This document shows, piece by piece, positions 48,026 through 57,747 of a stretch of 64,000 bases of DNA. Below the pieces are notes generated by a model. It was not told the origin of the DNA, ran no database searches, and was given only the letters and a program-made list of their open reading frames with translations. The position numbers and the translations under genes are program-made. The stretch's first letter is position 1. Each line of letters opens with the position of its first letter. This DNA comes from Clostridiales bacterium UBA1752 (GTDB lineage Bacteria > Bacillota > Clostridia > Oscillospirales > CAG-382). The DNA is taken from NCBI GenBank assembly GCA_002314835.1, contig DCHM01000008.1:1843-65842 (forward strand), in the 5' to 3' direction.

Positions 48026-49804
48026 TTAATCTTTTTTGCCTATAACCAAGCCGAGGTCGTCGAGTGCCTGCTGAGGGACCTCCGCAGGGCAATTTGTCAT
48101 GAGCTCGCTCGCGTTTTGTACCTTGGGGAATGCTACGACCTCTCTCAGCGAATCTGCGCCGAGCATCTGCATAACCAGTCTGTCGAGACCGAGGCCCATG
48201 CCACCGTGAGGAGGAGCGCCGTACTTGAATGCGTCGAGCAGATAACCGAACTTTTCGTGTGCTTCCTCGTCGCTGAGTCCGAGCAGCTCAAAAATCTTGT
48301 TTTGCAGTACGGGGTCGGTGATACGGATGGAGCCGCTCGAAAGCTCGATGCCGTTGAGCACGAGGTCGTACGCCTTGGCTCTGACGTTAGCCTTGTCGGT
48401 TTCGAGATAAGGCAGACATTCGTCAAGCGGAGCGGTGAACGGATGGTGCATAGCGAGCCATTCGCCGGTCTCCTTGTCGTATTCAAAGAAGGGCATTTCG
48501 ACAACCCAGAGAAATTTGTAGCCCGTTCTCTCGATATTAAGCTTATTGGCGGTGTGTATGCGGAGCTGTCCGAGCTGTGTATAAACGTCGCTCGCATTGC
48601 CGTCGGCTATGATGAGCAGTACGTCGCCGTCCTCGCAATCAGCCTTGGCGCAGATGGCGTTTATCTCGTCCTCGGTCATAAACTTTGCAAACGAGCAAGC
48701 CGTCTGTTCTGCCTTGCGTATCCACGCGAGGCCCTTGGCACCGCAGCCCTTGGCGTATTCGGTGAGCTTGTCGATTTCCTTGCGAGTCAGCTCTTTTGCC
48801 TTGCCTTTGACGTTGATGCCGCAGACTCTGCCACCCTCGGCGAGTGCACCCGTGAATACGCTGAAGCCGCAGTTTGCTACCTCGTCGCTGAGGTCAACAA
48901 TCTCCATGCCGAAACGCATATCGGGCTTGTCACTGCCGTAGTGCTTGATGCAGTAATCGTACGTATATCTGGGGATAGGAGTAGTAACGTCAACGTCGAG
49001 AGCCTCCTTAAAGAGTCTCTTGATGTAACCTTCGACGAGCTTGTGGATGTCCTCTTGGTCAACAAAGCTCATTTCGAGGTCAATCTGCGTAAATTCGGGC
49101 TGACGGTCGGCTCTGAGGTCCTCGTCTCTAAAGCAGCGTGCTATCTGCATATAGCGGTCAAAGCCTGCTACCATAGTGAGCTGCTTGTATAATTGAGGAG
49201 ACTGAGGCAGAGCGTAAAAGCTGCCCTTGTGGACTCTCGAAGGTACAAGGTAGTCGCGCGCACCTTCGGGTGTGGAACGGATAAGGATAGGCGTTTCTAT
49301 CTCGATAAAGCCGTTTTCGTCAAAATAGTCTCTGGTAATCTTTGCAACCTTGTGTCTGAATGCGATGTTGCGTTGCAAAACGGGGCGGCGCAGGTCGAGA
49401 TAGCGGTGGCGGAGGCGTAATTCTTCACTCGCCTTGGTATTGTCGTTGATATCAAAGGGAGGCGTTTCGCTCTCGCCCAAAACCTTGAGCTCCTTGACAA
49501 AAATCTCGATGTTGCCGGTAGGGATATTGGGGTTTTTGCTCGTCCTTTCGCGGACAACGCCGGTAGCACAGAGGACGTATTCGCTCCTTGCGCCAAAAGC
49601 CTTGTCAAAGACGGCCTTATCTGTATCTTCGTCAAAAGCGAGCTGTACTATGCCACTGCGGTCACGCAGGTCTATAAATATTATGCTGCCGAGGTCGCGC
49701 TGTTTTTGAACCCAGCCGCAGACGCAGACGGTGGCGCCTATGTCACTTTCACGCAAGTCGCCGCAATAATGTGTGCGGCGCGAAGAGCCGAGAAGTTCTG
49801 CCAT
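48026..49804 (-). CDS. aspS: Aspartate--tRNA ligase
   Basis: 592 aa. An OB-fold N-terminus (VCVCGWVQKQRDLGSIIFIDLRDRSG) and class II motifs (FRDEDLRADRQPEFTQ, GGMGLGLDR) are present. Confidence 0.96.
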   Translation of the reverse strand: MAELLGSSRRTHYCGDLRESDIGATVCVCGWVQKQRDLGSIIFIDLRDRSGIVQLAFDEDTDKAVFDKAFGARSEYVLCATGVVRERTSKNPNIPTGNIEIFVKELKVLGESETPPFDINDNTKASEELRLRHRYLDLRRPVLQRNIAFRHKVAKITRDYFDENGFIEIETPILIRSTPEGARDYLVPSRVHKGSFYALPQSPQLYKQLTMVAGFDRYMQIARCFRDEDLRADRQPEFTQIDLEMSFVDQEDIHKLVEGYIKRLFKEALDVDVTTPIPRYTYDYCIKHYGSDKPDMRFGMEIVDLSDEVANCGFSVFTGALAEGGRVCGINVKGKAKELTRKEIDKLTEYAKGCGAKGLAWIRKAEQTACSFAKFMTEDEINAICAKADCEDGDVLLIIADGNASDVYTQLGQLRIHTANKLNIERTGYKFLWVVEMPFFEYDKETGEWLAMHHPFTAPLDECLPYLETDKANVRAKAYDLVLNGIELSSGSIRITDPVLQNKIFELLGLSDEEAHEKFGYLLDAFKYGAPPHGGMGLGLDRLVMQMLGADSLREVVAFPKVQNASELMTNCPAEVPQQALDDLGLVIGKKD

Positions 49805-49830
49805 AAAATAAATTTCCCCTTATATATCTG

Positions 49831-51087
49831 TTATATATTTTCGATTATCTTTTCTGCGCTTAACTGAACCTTAACCTTGCTGCCGTCAGCCATATTCTGC
49901 AGAGCGGCTTCGCCGTCCGCGAGCTCGGTATCGCCGATAATGAGTACGTATTTTGCCTCGATTTTGTTGGCGTACTTCATCTGAGCCTTGAGCGAGCGTG
50001 AGCAAATATCGGTCTCGGCTACGACGCCGCATTTACGCAGGTCGTTGGCGAGCACCTGAGCCTTTGCCACGGCGTCGCCGCCCAAAGGAGCTATATACAC
50101 CGTAGGACCTGCATCGTCGGAAGGCAGGAGGTTTTCGTTCTTTAAGCAATTTATCAGTCTGGTGACGCCCATAGCAAAACCTACTGCAGGCAGGTTTTGA
50201 CCGCCGATTTGCTCGGTGAGTCCGTCATATCTGCCACCGCCTGCTACGGCGCTCTGAGCGCCTATGCCGCCTGCTACAAACTCAAACACCGCACCCGTGT
50301 AGTAATCAAGTCCGCGCACGACCTTGGGGTCAGCGGTATATACTACTCCAAAGCTGTCGAGCAGCTTCAAAAGTGTATCAAACTTTGTCTTGCAGCTGTC
50401 GCAAACGTGGTCAACCGTTCTGGGAGCGTCTGCGGCTACGGCTATACAGTCGGGGCACTTGCAGTCGAGTATGCGCAGAGGATTTGTTTCGAGCCTCTGC
50501 TTGCAGGTGTCGCACAGCTTGTCGGTATGCAAAGAGAAATAATCTTTGAGCGCCTGTCTGTATGCAGGGCGGCACTCGGGGCAACCGACGGTATTTATCT
50601 TTAATTCAACGCCCGAAAGTCCGAGCTTTTTTAAAAATCCGTCTGCGAGCGCGATAACGGTAGCGTCGGCTTCGGGGGCTTCGCTGCCGTAAAGCTCGGT
50701 GCCGAATTGCCAAAACTCTCTCGAGCGTCCTGCCTGCGGCTTTTCGCGCCTGAAAAAGTTTGTAAAATAAAACATCTTGAGCGGCATAACTCCGGCGTAT
50801 AAGCCGTTCTCGATAACCGAGCGAGCTATGCAGGCGGTGCCTTCGGGTCTCAGAGTGAGGCTCGACTCATCCTTATCTATAAAGGTGTACATTTCTTTTT
50901 GCACGATGTCGGTGGATTTACCGACGCCGCGGCAAAAGAGGTCTGTGCTCTCAAAGGTCGGGAATCTTATTTCTTTAAAGCCAAAGAGACGGCACTGCTC
51001 ACGGGCAGCGTTTTCGATAAAACGCCATGCAGGTATCTCGCTCGGCAAAATATCGAGCGTACCCTTTGGCTTTTGAATGTTAGGCAT
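49831..51087 (-). CDS. hisS: Histidine--tRNA ligase
   Basis: 418 aa with KGTLDILP, LRPEGT, FRREKPQAGRSREF and GGGRYD motifs. Confidence 0.96.
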   Translation of the reverse strand: MPNIQKPKGTLDILPSEIPAWRFIENAAREQCRLFGFKEIRFPTFESTDLFCRGVGKSTDIVQKEMYTFIDKDESSLTLRPEGTACIARSVIENGLYAGVMPLKMFYFTNFFRREKPQAGRSREFWQFGTELYGSEAPEADATVIALADGFLKKLGLSGVELKINTVGCPECRPAYRQALKDYFSLHTDKLCDTCKQRLETNPLRILDCKCPDCIAVAADAPRTVDHVCDSCKTKFDTLLKLLDSFGVVYTADPKVVRGLDYYTGAVFEFVAGGIGAQSAVAGGGRYDGLTEQIGGQNLPAVGFAMGVTRLINCLKNENLLPSDDAGPTVYIAPLGGDAVAKAQVLANDLRKCGVVAETDICSRSLKAQMKYANKIEAKYVLIIGDTELADGEAALQNMADGSKVKVQLSAEKIIENI

Positions 51088-51090
51088 AAA

Positions 51091-51495
51091 TCACTTTTGT
51101 CCTTTCAATATCTCACGCCATTCGAGGTCTCCTCTATCGAGACCGAGTATCAGAGACTCGGCGGTGGCGATATTGGTAGCTACGGGAATGTTGTATTTAT
51201 CACAAGCCTGTACCAGCTCGGCTTCGGTATCGCGGTACTCCTCGTCGCACGAGGGGTCACGCAGCAATATCAGCAGATCGACCTCGTCGTACGCGATTTT
51301 GGACGCTATCTGCTGCAATCCGCCGTGAAAGCCGGCCAGCATTCTTTCGATATTAAGTCCTGTTGCCTCTGAAATATACTTTGCCGTAGTAGCTGTAGCG
51401 CAGATGTTGTGTCTGCTGAGTATGCCGCAATAAGCGATGCAAAACTCGGTAATCAGCTCTTTTTTCTTGTCGTTGGCAATAATAGCGATGTTCAT
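51091..51495 (-). CDS. mgsA: Methylglyoxal synthase
   Basis: 134 aa with MNIAIIANDKKK, ATATTAKYI, GGLQQI and LLRDP motifs. Confidence 0.93.
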   Translation of the reverse strand: MNIAIIANDKKKELITEFCIAYCGILSRHNICATATTAKYISEATGLNIERMLAGFHGGLQQIASKIAYDEVDLLILLRDPSCDEEYRDTEAELVQACDKYNIPVATNIATAESLILGLDRGDLEWREILKGQK

Positions 51496-51524
51496 ACTGT
51501 CCTCCTAATAACGGTATTGTAAAA

Positions 51525-52310
51525 TCATTTTAGATACTGTTTGCGTTTTTTGGTGCTATAGACGTTTTGAAACAGCGGTACCTTTTGTCCGCACATACGA
51601 TGTACGATATTAAGGAATGCGGCTTCGTACGGCTTGGCTCTCTCTTTTTTGTCCTCAAAAAACGAGAGGCGGCCACTCTCTTGATCAATGGGCAGCGTAG
51701 GGTCAAACGGCACTATGCCGATGAGCTGCAGCGACGACGCTCTGATTATCTCGAGCGCATCGGGCAGACTGCCGAGATCGGCAGACTCCTTGCGATAGGT
51801 ATTGATAACGAGCTTCATCGACCTCAGCTCGTAGCTCGCGAGCGCCTGAGCGGTTTTTTCGGCGGCTCTGACGGATGCCGACTGATGCATTGAAACGACT
51901 AAAGCGTCATCCGACACCGACACGAACTTTGAGTAATATTCGGTCATATCGGCGCCGCTGTCTATCAGCACAAAGTCGTATCTCTGTCTGAGGTCGGCAA
52001 AGAGCTTTTTGTAGCTTTCGCGCGGAATCTCTTCATCTATAAATCTCATTGGCGCAGGCAAAAAGTCAAAGCCCTGTCTCAGCGTCCTGACTGCACTGTC
52101 AAAATCGCAGTCACCCTTCAGTACGTCGCAGCAGTCAAACAGTACGTCGCTCTCGAGCCTCAGTACCATGTCCATGCACCGCATGCCAAAGTCGCCGTCA
52201 ACGACCAGCACTTTTTTGCCTATAACCGACAGGCAGGATGCAATGTTGGCTGTGACGGTGGTTTTGCCCACTCCGCCTTTAAAGCCGGTAATAAATACTA
52301 CGTCACCCAT
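51525..52310 (-). CDS. MinD/ParA-family P-loop ATPase (MinD-like, no adjacent minC/minE)
   Basis: 261 aa. The deviant Walker A is GFKGGVGKTT. VVDGDFGMRCMDMVL parallels MinD DIGLRNLDLIM. The Walker B is VLIDSGA. Confidence 0.8.
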   Translation of the reverse strand: MGDVVFITGFKGGVGKTTVTANIASCLSVIGKKVLVVDGDFGMRCMDMVLRLESDVLFDCCDVLKGDCDFDSAVRTLRQGFDFLPAPMRFIDEEIPRESYKKLFADLRQRYDFVLIDSGADMTEYYSKFVSVSDDALVVSMHQSASVRAAEKTAQALASYELRSMKLVINTYRKESADLGSLPDALEIIRASSLQLIGIVPFDPTLPIDQESGRLSFFEDKKERAKPYEAAFLNIVHRMCGQKVPLFQNVYSTKKRKQYLK

Positions 52311-52347
52311 TGCGTCATTTCCCCTTGTACATAATTATAGATATAAT

Positions 52348-52376
52348 ATCTTACTACAAAAAGAGCAATATGTCAA
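52348..52376 (-). promoter_or_regulatory. Sigma-A promoter for the minD-like/mgsA/hisS/aspS gene string
   Basis: The minus strand has TTGACA (52376-52371), a 17-nt spacer and TAAGAT (52353-52348). Confidence 0.5.
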
Positions 52377-52433
52377 CCGATATGGCCTACTTTTTGCCAC
52401 TAAAAAAATAAAAAACTTTTTTGCAAAAACATA

Positions 52434-52462
52434 TTGCATTTGAGATTTTTTTGTGATATATT
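52434..52462 (+). promoter_or_regulatory. Sigma-A promoter for pyrR
   Basis: TTGCAT (52434-52439), a 17-nt spacer and TATATT (52457-52462). Confidence 0.5.
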
Positions 52463-52538
52463 GTGTAAAACAAGACTTTAACGAGCGGCGCTGTGACACC
52501 GACAAGGCTGTTAATATTCGGTTTATGACCTAACTATG

Positions 52539-52572
52539 CCCTGTCGCTTTATGCAGACAGGGTAATTTTTTT
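52539..52572 (+). terminator. Leader terminator upstream of pyrR (probable PyrR-controlled attenuator)
   Basis: CCCTGTC-gctttatgca-GACAGGG followed by taaTTTTTTT ends 14 nt before the pyrR ATG. The upstream leader has CUUUAA...GACAAGG flanks but lacks a clear CCAGAGAGG PyrR loop. Confidence 0.6.
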
Positions 52573-52586
52573 GTGAGGCACAGACT

Positions 52587-53129
52587 ATGCTAACGGTTAA
52601 ATCTGCTATACTCGACGCGCAATCCATGGAACGCACGCTCATCCGCATAGCACATCAAATCATCGAAAAATGCGACGACCGCAAAACGGTATCGGTCATC
52701 GGCATACGCCGCCGCGGAGTGCCGCTGGCAAAAGAAATCGCAAAGAATATCGAGCTATACAGCGACATAAAAACCGAGCTCGGCGAGCTCGACATTACGC
52801 TGTACCGCGACGACCTCGGCGAATTCAGCGAGCAGCCCACGGTCAACTCGACAGACATCCCGTTTGACGTAAACGGCAAGACGATAATACTCGTTGACGA
52901 CGTATTATATACCGGCCGCACGGCGAGAGCCGCGATAGACGCGCTGATAGCTCTCGGCAGACCCGCCTGCATCAAGCTGTGCGTGCTGATAGACCGCGGT
53001 CACAGAGAGTTGCCCATCAGAGGCGACTTTGTAGGCAAAAACGTACCGACCTCCAAAAAAGAGATGATTTCGGTGCGACTGCCCGAATATGACGGCGTAA
53101 AGGACGTTATCATACTCGAAAACACTTAA
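52587..53129 (+). CDS. pyrR: Bifunctional pyrimidine operon regulator / uracil phosphoribosyltransferase
   Basis: 180 aa with IGIRRRGVPLA, DITLYRDD and the PRPP loop ILVDDVLYTGRTARAA. Confidence 0.95.
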   Translation: MLTVKSAILDAQSMERTLIRIAHQIIEKCDDRKTVSVIGIRRRGVPLAKEIAKNIELYSDIKTELGELDITLYRDDLGEFSEQPTVNSTDIPFDVNGKTIILVDDVLYTGRTARAAIDALIALGRPACIKLCVLIDRGHRELPIRGDFVGKNVPTSKKEMISVRLPEYDGVKDVIILENT

Positions 53130-53167
53130 TTTCGTTTACAATAATTTAATATAAGGAGATTACCCAC

Positions 53168-54529
53168 ATGAAACTCGTTTACGGCGTAAAAGACAAGCCC
53201 AAGTTCGGTCAGCTCATCGTGTTTGCTCTGCAGCAGTTGCTCGCAATCATGGCAGCTACCATCGCAGTCCCCGCTATCATCGGCAACGGCATGAGCTCTG
53301 TTGCAGCTCTCTTCGGTGCAGGTGTAGGCACTATCGTTTACCTCCTTTTCACAAAGTTTAAGAGCCCCGTATTCCTCGGTTCTTCGTTCGCATTTCTCGG
53401 CTCTATGGGCGCCGCATTTGCAGGTGCCGCTTCTACCGCTGTCGGCTATCTCGGCCTTATCATCGGCGCTATACTCGCAGGTCTCGTATATGTAATCATC
53501 GCCATCATCGTCAAGTTTGTCGGTGTTAATTGGCTCAACAAATTGATGCCCGCAGTCGTTATCGGCCCCACGGTTGCCATCATCGGCTTGTCGCTCGCAG
53601 GCAACGCAGTAGGCGACCTCCAAAAAGCGGCTTTTAATCCCGAGGCTTCCGTTTACGTTTGCCTCGCTTGCGGTCTCATCACACTTATCGTTACCATGCT
53701 TTGCTCGGTTTACGGCAAGCCCAAGGGTATGCTCAAGATGATACCCTTTGTTATCGGCATACTCGCAGGCTACGTAGCTTGCCTCATCTTTACTCTCATC
53801 GGCAAATCCAGCGGCAACGCCGCACTTATGGTACTCGACATCGACTCCTTTGTAAAAGGTCTCATCCCCGACGGTGTAGTAAGCATCAAGACCTTCTTTG
53901 CAGTACCCGAGTTTACCTTCCTCACCGCTCTCGGCGGCTTTAGCGAAATCACCGGCGAATACATCGGCACTATCGCAGTTGCATACGTTCCCGTAGCATT
54001 CGTTGTCTTTGCAGAACACGTCGCAGACCACAAGAACATCTCCTCTATCATTGAAACCGACCTGCTCGAAGAGCCCGGTCTCCACAGAACCCTGCTCGGC
54101 GACGGCATAGGCTCTATGGCAGGTGCATTCTTCGGCGGCTGCCCCAACACCACCTACGGCGAATCCATCGGTTGCGTAGCTATCTCGGGTAACGCTTCCA
54201 TCGTAACCATACTTACCACCGCCATCATGGCAATCGTTATCGCTTTCCTCAATCCGTTTGCAGTATTCCTCGCTTCTATCCCCAACTGCGTAATGGGCGG
54301 CGTTTGCATGGCTCTGTACGGATTTATCGCAGTATCCGGCCTCAAGATGGTTCAAAAGGTTGACCTCGAGGACAACCGCAATCTGTTTGTAGTATCCGTA
54401 ATCCTCATCGCAGGTATCGGCGGTCTGTCGGTATCCTTTGGTAAAGTTACCATCACTACCATCGCTTGCGCACTCATCCTCGGCATCATCACCAACGTTA
54501 TCCTTAACCTCAAAAAAGACAACAAGTAA
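53168..54529 (+). CDS. uraA: Uracil permease (NCS2 family)
   Basis: 453 aa, polytopic. It has the FAEHVADH and NTTYGESIG NCS2 signature segments and lies downstream of pyrR. Confidence 0.88.
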   Translation: MKLVYGVKDKPKFGQLIVFALQQLLAIMAATIAVPAIIGNGMSSVAALFGAGVGTIVYLLFTKFKSPVFLGSSFAFLGSMGAAFAGAASTAVGYLGLIIGAILAGLVYVIIAIIVKFVGVNWLNKLMPAVVIGPTVAIIGLSLAGNAVGDLQKAAFNPEASVYVCLACGLITLIVTMLCSVYGKPKGMLKMIPFVIGILAGYVACLIFTLIGKSSGNAALMVLDIDSFVKGLIPDGVVSIKTFFAVPEFTFLTALGGFSEITGEYIGTIAVAYVPVAFVVFAEHVADHKNISSIIETDLLEEPGLHRTLLGDGIGSMAGAFFGGCPNTTYGESIGCVAISGNASIVTILTTAIMAIVIAFLNPFAVFLASIPNCVMGGVCMALYGFIAVSGLKMVQKVDLEDNRNLFVVSVILIAGIGGLSVSFGKVTITTIACALILGIITNVILNLKKDNK

Positions 54530-54542
54530 TATAACCGCCATG

Positions 54543-54571
54543 GCGCTCGGGCAAAACCCGGGCGCTTTTTT
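54543..54571 (+). terminator. Rho-independent terminator between the two permease genes
   Basis: GCGCTCGGG-caaaa-CCCGGGCGC followed by TTTTTT. Confidence 0.8.
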
Positions 54572-54572
54572 G

Positions 54573-54600
54573 TTGACATTTCTGCGGTTTTATGTATAAT
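54573..54600 (+). promoter_or_regulatory. Sigma-A promoter for the second permease
   Basis: TTGACA (54573-54578), a 16-nt spacer and TATAAT (54595-54600). Confidence 0.55.
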
Positions 54601-54628
54601 TAGTTTATCAATTCAACCGAGGTCACCG

Positions 54629-55954
54629 ATGAAACTGATATACGGTATCAAAGACAAGCCCAAGTTCAGCGCATTAGTAGCTTTTGCTCTGCAGCAAATG
54701 CTCGCCATAATAGCAGGCACCGCCGCCGTACCCAATATAGTCGGTCAAGGTCTGTCACCGTCTGCGGCACTCTTTGGAGCAGGCGCGAGCACCATAGTAT
54801 ATCTGCTGTTTACAAAGTTTAAGAGCCCCGTTTTCCTCGGCTCGTCGTTTGCTTTTATCGGCTCGATGATGGCGGCATTCGGAGGCGCGGTCTCTATGAG
54901 CGCAGGCTATCTCGGCTTGATAATCGGTGCGACTTTTGCGTGTATCGTTTACGTTATCTTTGCAATAGCGGCAAAGATAGTCGGCACGGGATGGATAGGC
55001 AAGCTGTTGCCGCCTGTGGTTATGGGCTCTGCGGTAATGATTATCGGTCTGTCGCTGTCTGCAAACGCAGTTTCTATGCTGACGACCTCGCTCGCAACCA
55101 CAAACCCAAATTTGTCTATGCTCTGCGGCATTTTTTCACTGCTCGTAACGGTGCTTTGCTCTGTGCGTGGCGGCAAAAAGCTATCTGCTTTTCCTTTTGT
55201 TATCGGAATATCCTCGGGCTATATATTCGCCCTCGTATTTACGCTCGTCGGCAAATGCACAGGCAACCCGAGCCTGATGATGATAGATTTCGGCATCTAT
55301 GCAGATATGCAGTGGGTGCCCGACTTTACCTTTGTAACTGCATTCGGCGGTGAATATGACTTTGGTCAGTTCGGTGGCATCGGCGGCTATATCGCCACGC
55401 TCGCGGCGGCGTATATACCCGTAGCCTGCGTCACCTTTGCCGAGCATATAGCAGATCACAAAAACCTCTCGTCCATTATCGAAACCGACCTGCTCACAGA
55501 CCCCGGCTTGCACCGCACTCTGCTCGGTGACGGCGTTGGCTCTCTGGCAGGTGCTCTGCTCGGCGGTTGTCCCAACACGACTTACGGCGAATCAATCGGT
55601 TGCGTGGCTATCACGGGCAACGCTTCGACGGTAACGATACTCGCCACCGCCATATTGTCAACGGTTTGCTCATTCGTTGCACCGTTTGCGGCGTTTTTGC
55701 TCTCAATACCGAGCTGCATTATCGGCGGAATATGCTTTTCACTATACGGATTTATTGCCGTTTCGGGCTTTAATATGATAAAAAAGGTCAACCTCGACGA
55801 ACACAAAAACGTCTTTATCATCGGCTCTATGCTGATAACCGGTGTAGGAGGGCTGACCGTCACCTTCGGCACTCTTTCGCTCACCCCCGTTGCCTGCTCT
55901 TTAATTATAGGAGTCGCGGCAAATCTGATTTTAAACATAAAAAAAGACCGCTGA
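54629..55954 (+). CDS. Second uracil/xanthine permease paralog (NCS2 family)
   Basis: 441 aa, collinear with 53168-54529. It shares MKL.YG.KDKPKF, STIVYLLFTKFKSPVFLGSSFAF, FAEHIADH and NTTYGESIGCVAI. Confidence 0.88.
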   Translation: MKLIYGIKDKPKFSALVAFALQQMLAIIAGTAAVPNIVGQGLSPSAALFGAGASTIVYLLFTKFKSPVFLGSSFAFIGSMMAAFGGAVSMSAGYLGLIIGATFACIVYVIFAIAAKIVGTGWIGKLLPPVVMGSAVMIIGLSLSANAVSMLTTSLATTNPNLSMLCGIFSLLVTVLCSVRGGKKLSAFPFVIGISSGYIFALVFTLVGKCTGNPSLMMIDFGIYADMQWVPDFTFVTAFGGEYDFGQFGGIGGYIATLAAAYIPVACVTFAEHIADHKNLSSIIETDLLTDPGLHRTLLGDGVGSLAGALLGGCPNTTYGESIGCVAITGNASTVTILATAILSTVCSFVAPFAAFLLSIPSCIIGGICFSLYGFIAVSGFNMIKKVNLDEHKNVFIIGSMLITGVGGLTVTFGTLSLTPVACSLIIGVAANLILNIKKDR

Positions 55955-55966
55955 GCGGTCTTTTAT
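55941..55966. terminator. Bidirectional terminator between convergent genes
   Basis: aaaaAGACCGC-tga-GCGGTCTttt. The loop is the permease stop codon. Confidence 0.7.
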
Positions 55967-55967
55967 T

Positions 55968-56396
55968 TTAGTCCATTTTACCGAGGTAAATCGGTGACTT
56001 TTTGCCAAGGAAATAATTTTTGATAACGCCGCGCAGTTCTTCGGGCATCAGCGGCTCCTGCATAATGTTGTCTATGCTTATCCACTTTGTGCCGACCTGA
56101 CCTATGTCAAGGTCGGTGGGCTCGGATTTTTCGCCTATTATGTTGCAGACAAACATAAACTCGATGCGGTGAGTTCTTTCGCTAAAGCCCTCGCGGATAA
56201 ACAAGAGTGACTGAGGCTCTACGGTGTAACCCGTCTCCTCTTTTACCTCGCGGCAGAGCGCCTCGAGCATCAGCTCGTTTGTTTCCTGACCGCCTCCGGG
56301 CAGGGTATAAAACATCTTGCCGTCAACGCATTTTTCGGCCACGAGCAGCTTGGTGCGATCAATGATGATGGCTTTGATAGAATTTTTGAGTACCAT
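55968..56396 (-). CDS. NUDIX hydrolase
   Basis: The Nudix box is GGGQETNELMLEALCREVKEETG. The start is probably ATG 56396 (MVLKNSIKAII...) rather than the ORF-track 56480. Confidence 0.85.
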   Translation of the reverse strand: MVLKNSIKAIIIDRTKLLVAEKCVDGKMFYTLPGGGQETNELMLEALCREVKEETGYTVEPQSLLFIREGFSERTHRIEFMFVCNIIGEKSEPTDLDIGQVGTKWISIDNIMQEPLMPEELRGVIKNYFLGKKSPIYLGKMD

Positions 56397-56502
56397 AACA
56401 AAACACCTTCCTTTGTTGGCAAATATATCACTTTTTGGCTTTACTGTCAAGCATATTACGGCTAATAATTTCATATTCATTTAACCGAAAGGTGTGATGA
56501 TA

Positions 56503-57747
56503 ATGAAAAAGACAGTTTGTATCCTGATTATCCTATGTATGGCGTTTGGCTTATCCGTCGGCGCGTCCGACGCGCCCGAAACAAACACCGACAAGTACGG
56601 TGCCGACCTTGCGACTAGCCAAAACGAACATCAAGACGACGTAGCCGAAGCCTCGTATATCATAGACGACTTTTGGCTTTCTACTGCGGCGTTCACGGGC
56701 AATTTTGCCGTAAAATCCGCGGTGCTGATAGAAGCCTCAACGGGCAAGGTGCTGTATAGCCAAAGCCCCGACACCAGACTCCCCATCGCGTCGGTGACAA
56801 AGATAATGACGCTCCTGCTCGCCTTTGAAGCGATAGACAACGGCGTGCTGACCTACGACGGATATATCACTGCGTCCGAGCACGCATCGTCTATGGGCGG
56901 CTCTCAGATGTACCTCGAGGTGGGCGAAAAACTGACCGTGGACGATACTCTCAAGGCGATAGCGGTAGCTTCCGCCAACGACGCGGCAGTGGCTATGGCA
57001 GAGGCAATCGGCGGCAGCGAAGAGACCTTTGCCGAAATGATGAACGCCAAGGCGCTTTCGCTCGGTTGTACCAACACTCATTTTGTCAACGCGAGCGGTC
57101 TTCCCGAGGCAGACGCCTATTCGTCGGCTATGGACGTGGCGCTGATTTCGCAAGAGCTTATCAAGCATACCGACGTTTACAAATACACGACCATCTGGAT
57201 GGACACCCTGCGCGGAGGTGCCTTCGGCATCAATAATACAAACAAGCTGATACGCTATTACCCGGGCGCTACGGGACTCAAAACCGGCTACACCGCCGAA
57301 GCAGGCTATTGCCTCTCGGGTACGGCAGAGCGTGACGGTATGACCCTGATAGCCGTCGTGCTGGGCGGCGCGACGAGTAACGAGCGGTTTGCGTGCGCAA
57401 AAGCCATGCTCGACTACGGATACGCGACTTACCGTATGACAGAGCCGGCGGTCACTCTGCCCGACAGCGTCAAGGTAGTCGGAGGCAAGCAACAGGAAGT
57501 CAAGATAGAGTTTACTCCGCTCAAACTGCTCGATACCAAAACTGGCGGAGGCATAACCGCGAGCTATTATCTCAACGAGAGCGTCAGTGCTCCGATAGCA
57601 AAGGGTGACAAGATAGGCTACGTGCTCTATACGGGCGGAGGCACCGAGATAGCTCGGGCTGACATAACCGCGGCGGAGGACGTAGAGACAACCGATTTTG
57701 TATTTTTGTTTTTTAAGACGCTTAAATCTGCATTTTTGATTGACTAA
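56503..57747 (+). CDS. D-alanyl-D-alanine carboxypeptidase (S11, DacB/DacF-like)
   Basis: It has a signal peptide, the active-site SVTKIMT (SxxK), the SAN (SxN-type) motif in VASANDAA and the KTG motif in LKTGYT. Confidence 0.9.
   Translation: MKKTVCILIILCMAFGLSVGASDAPETNTDKYGADLATSQNEHQDDVAEASYIIDDFWLSTAAFTGNFAVKSAVLIEASTGKVLYSQSPDTRLPIASVTKIMTLLLAFEAIDNGVLTYDGYITASEHASSMGGSQMYLEVGEKLTVDDTLKAIAVASANDAAVAMAEAIGGSEETFAEMMNAKALSLGCTNTHFVNASGLPEADAYSSAMDVALISQELIKHTDVYKYTTIWMDTLRGGAFGINNTNKLIRYYPGATGLKTGYTAEAGYCLSGTAERDGMTLIAVVLGGATSNERFACAKAMLDYGYATYRMTEPAVTLPDSVKVVGGKQQEVKIEFTPLKLLDTKTGGGITASYYLNESVSAPIAKGDKIGYVLYTGGGTEIARADITAAEDVETTDFVFLFFKTLKSAFLID

Noticed and set aside
53126-54541. 471-aa ORF on the minus strand covering the whole first uracil permease gene
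   Set aside because: Its translation is low-complexity and rich in D/G/C/A, with no motifs or RBS. The plus-strand frame encodes a textbook NCS2 permease. Long antisense ORFs are expected here because GC-rich third positions deplete stop codons on the opposite strand.
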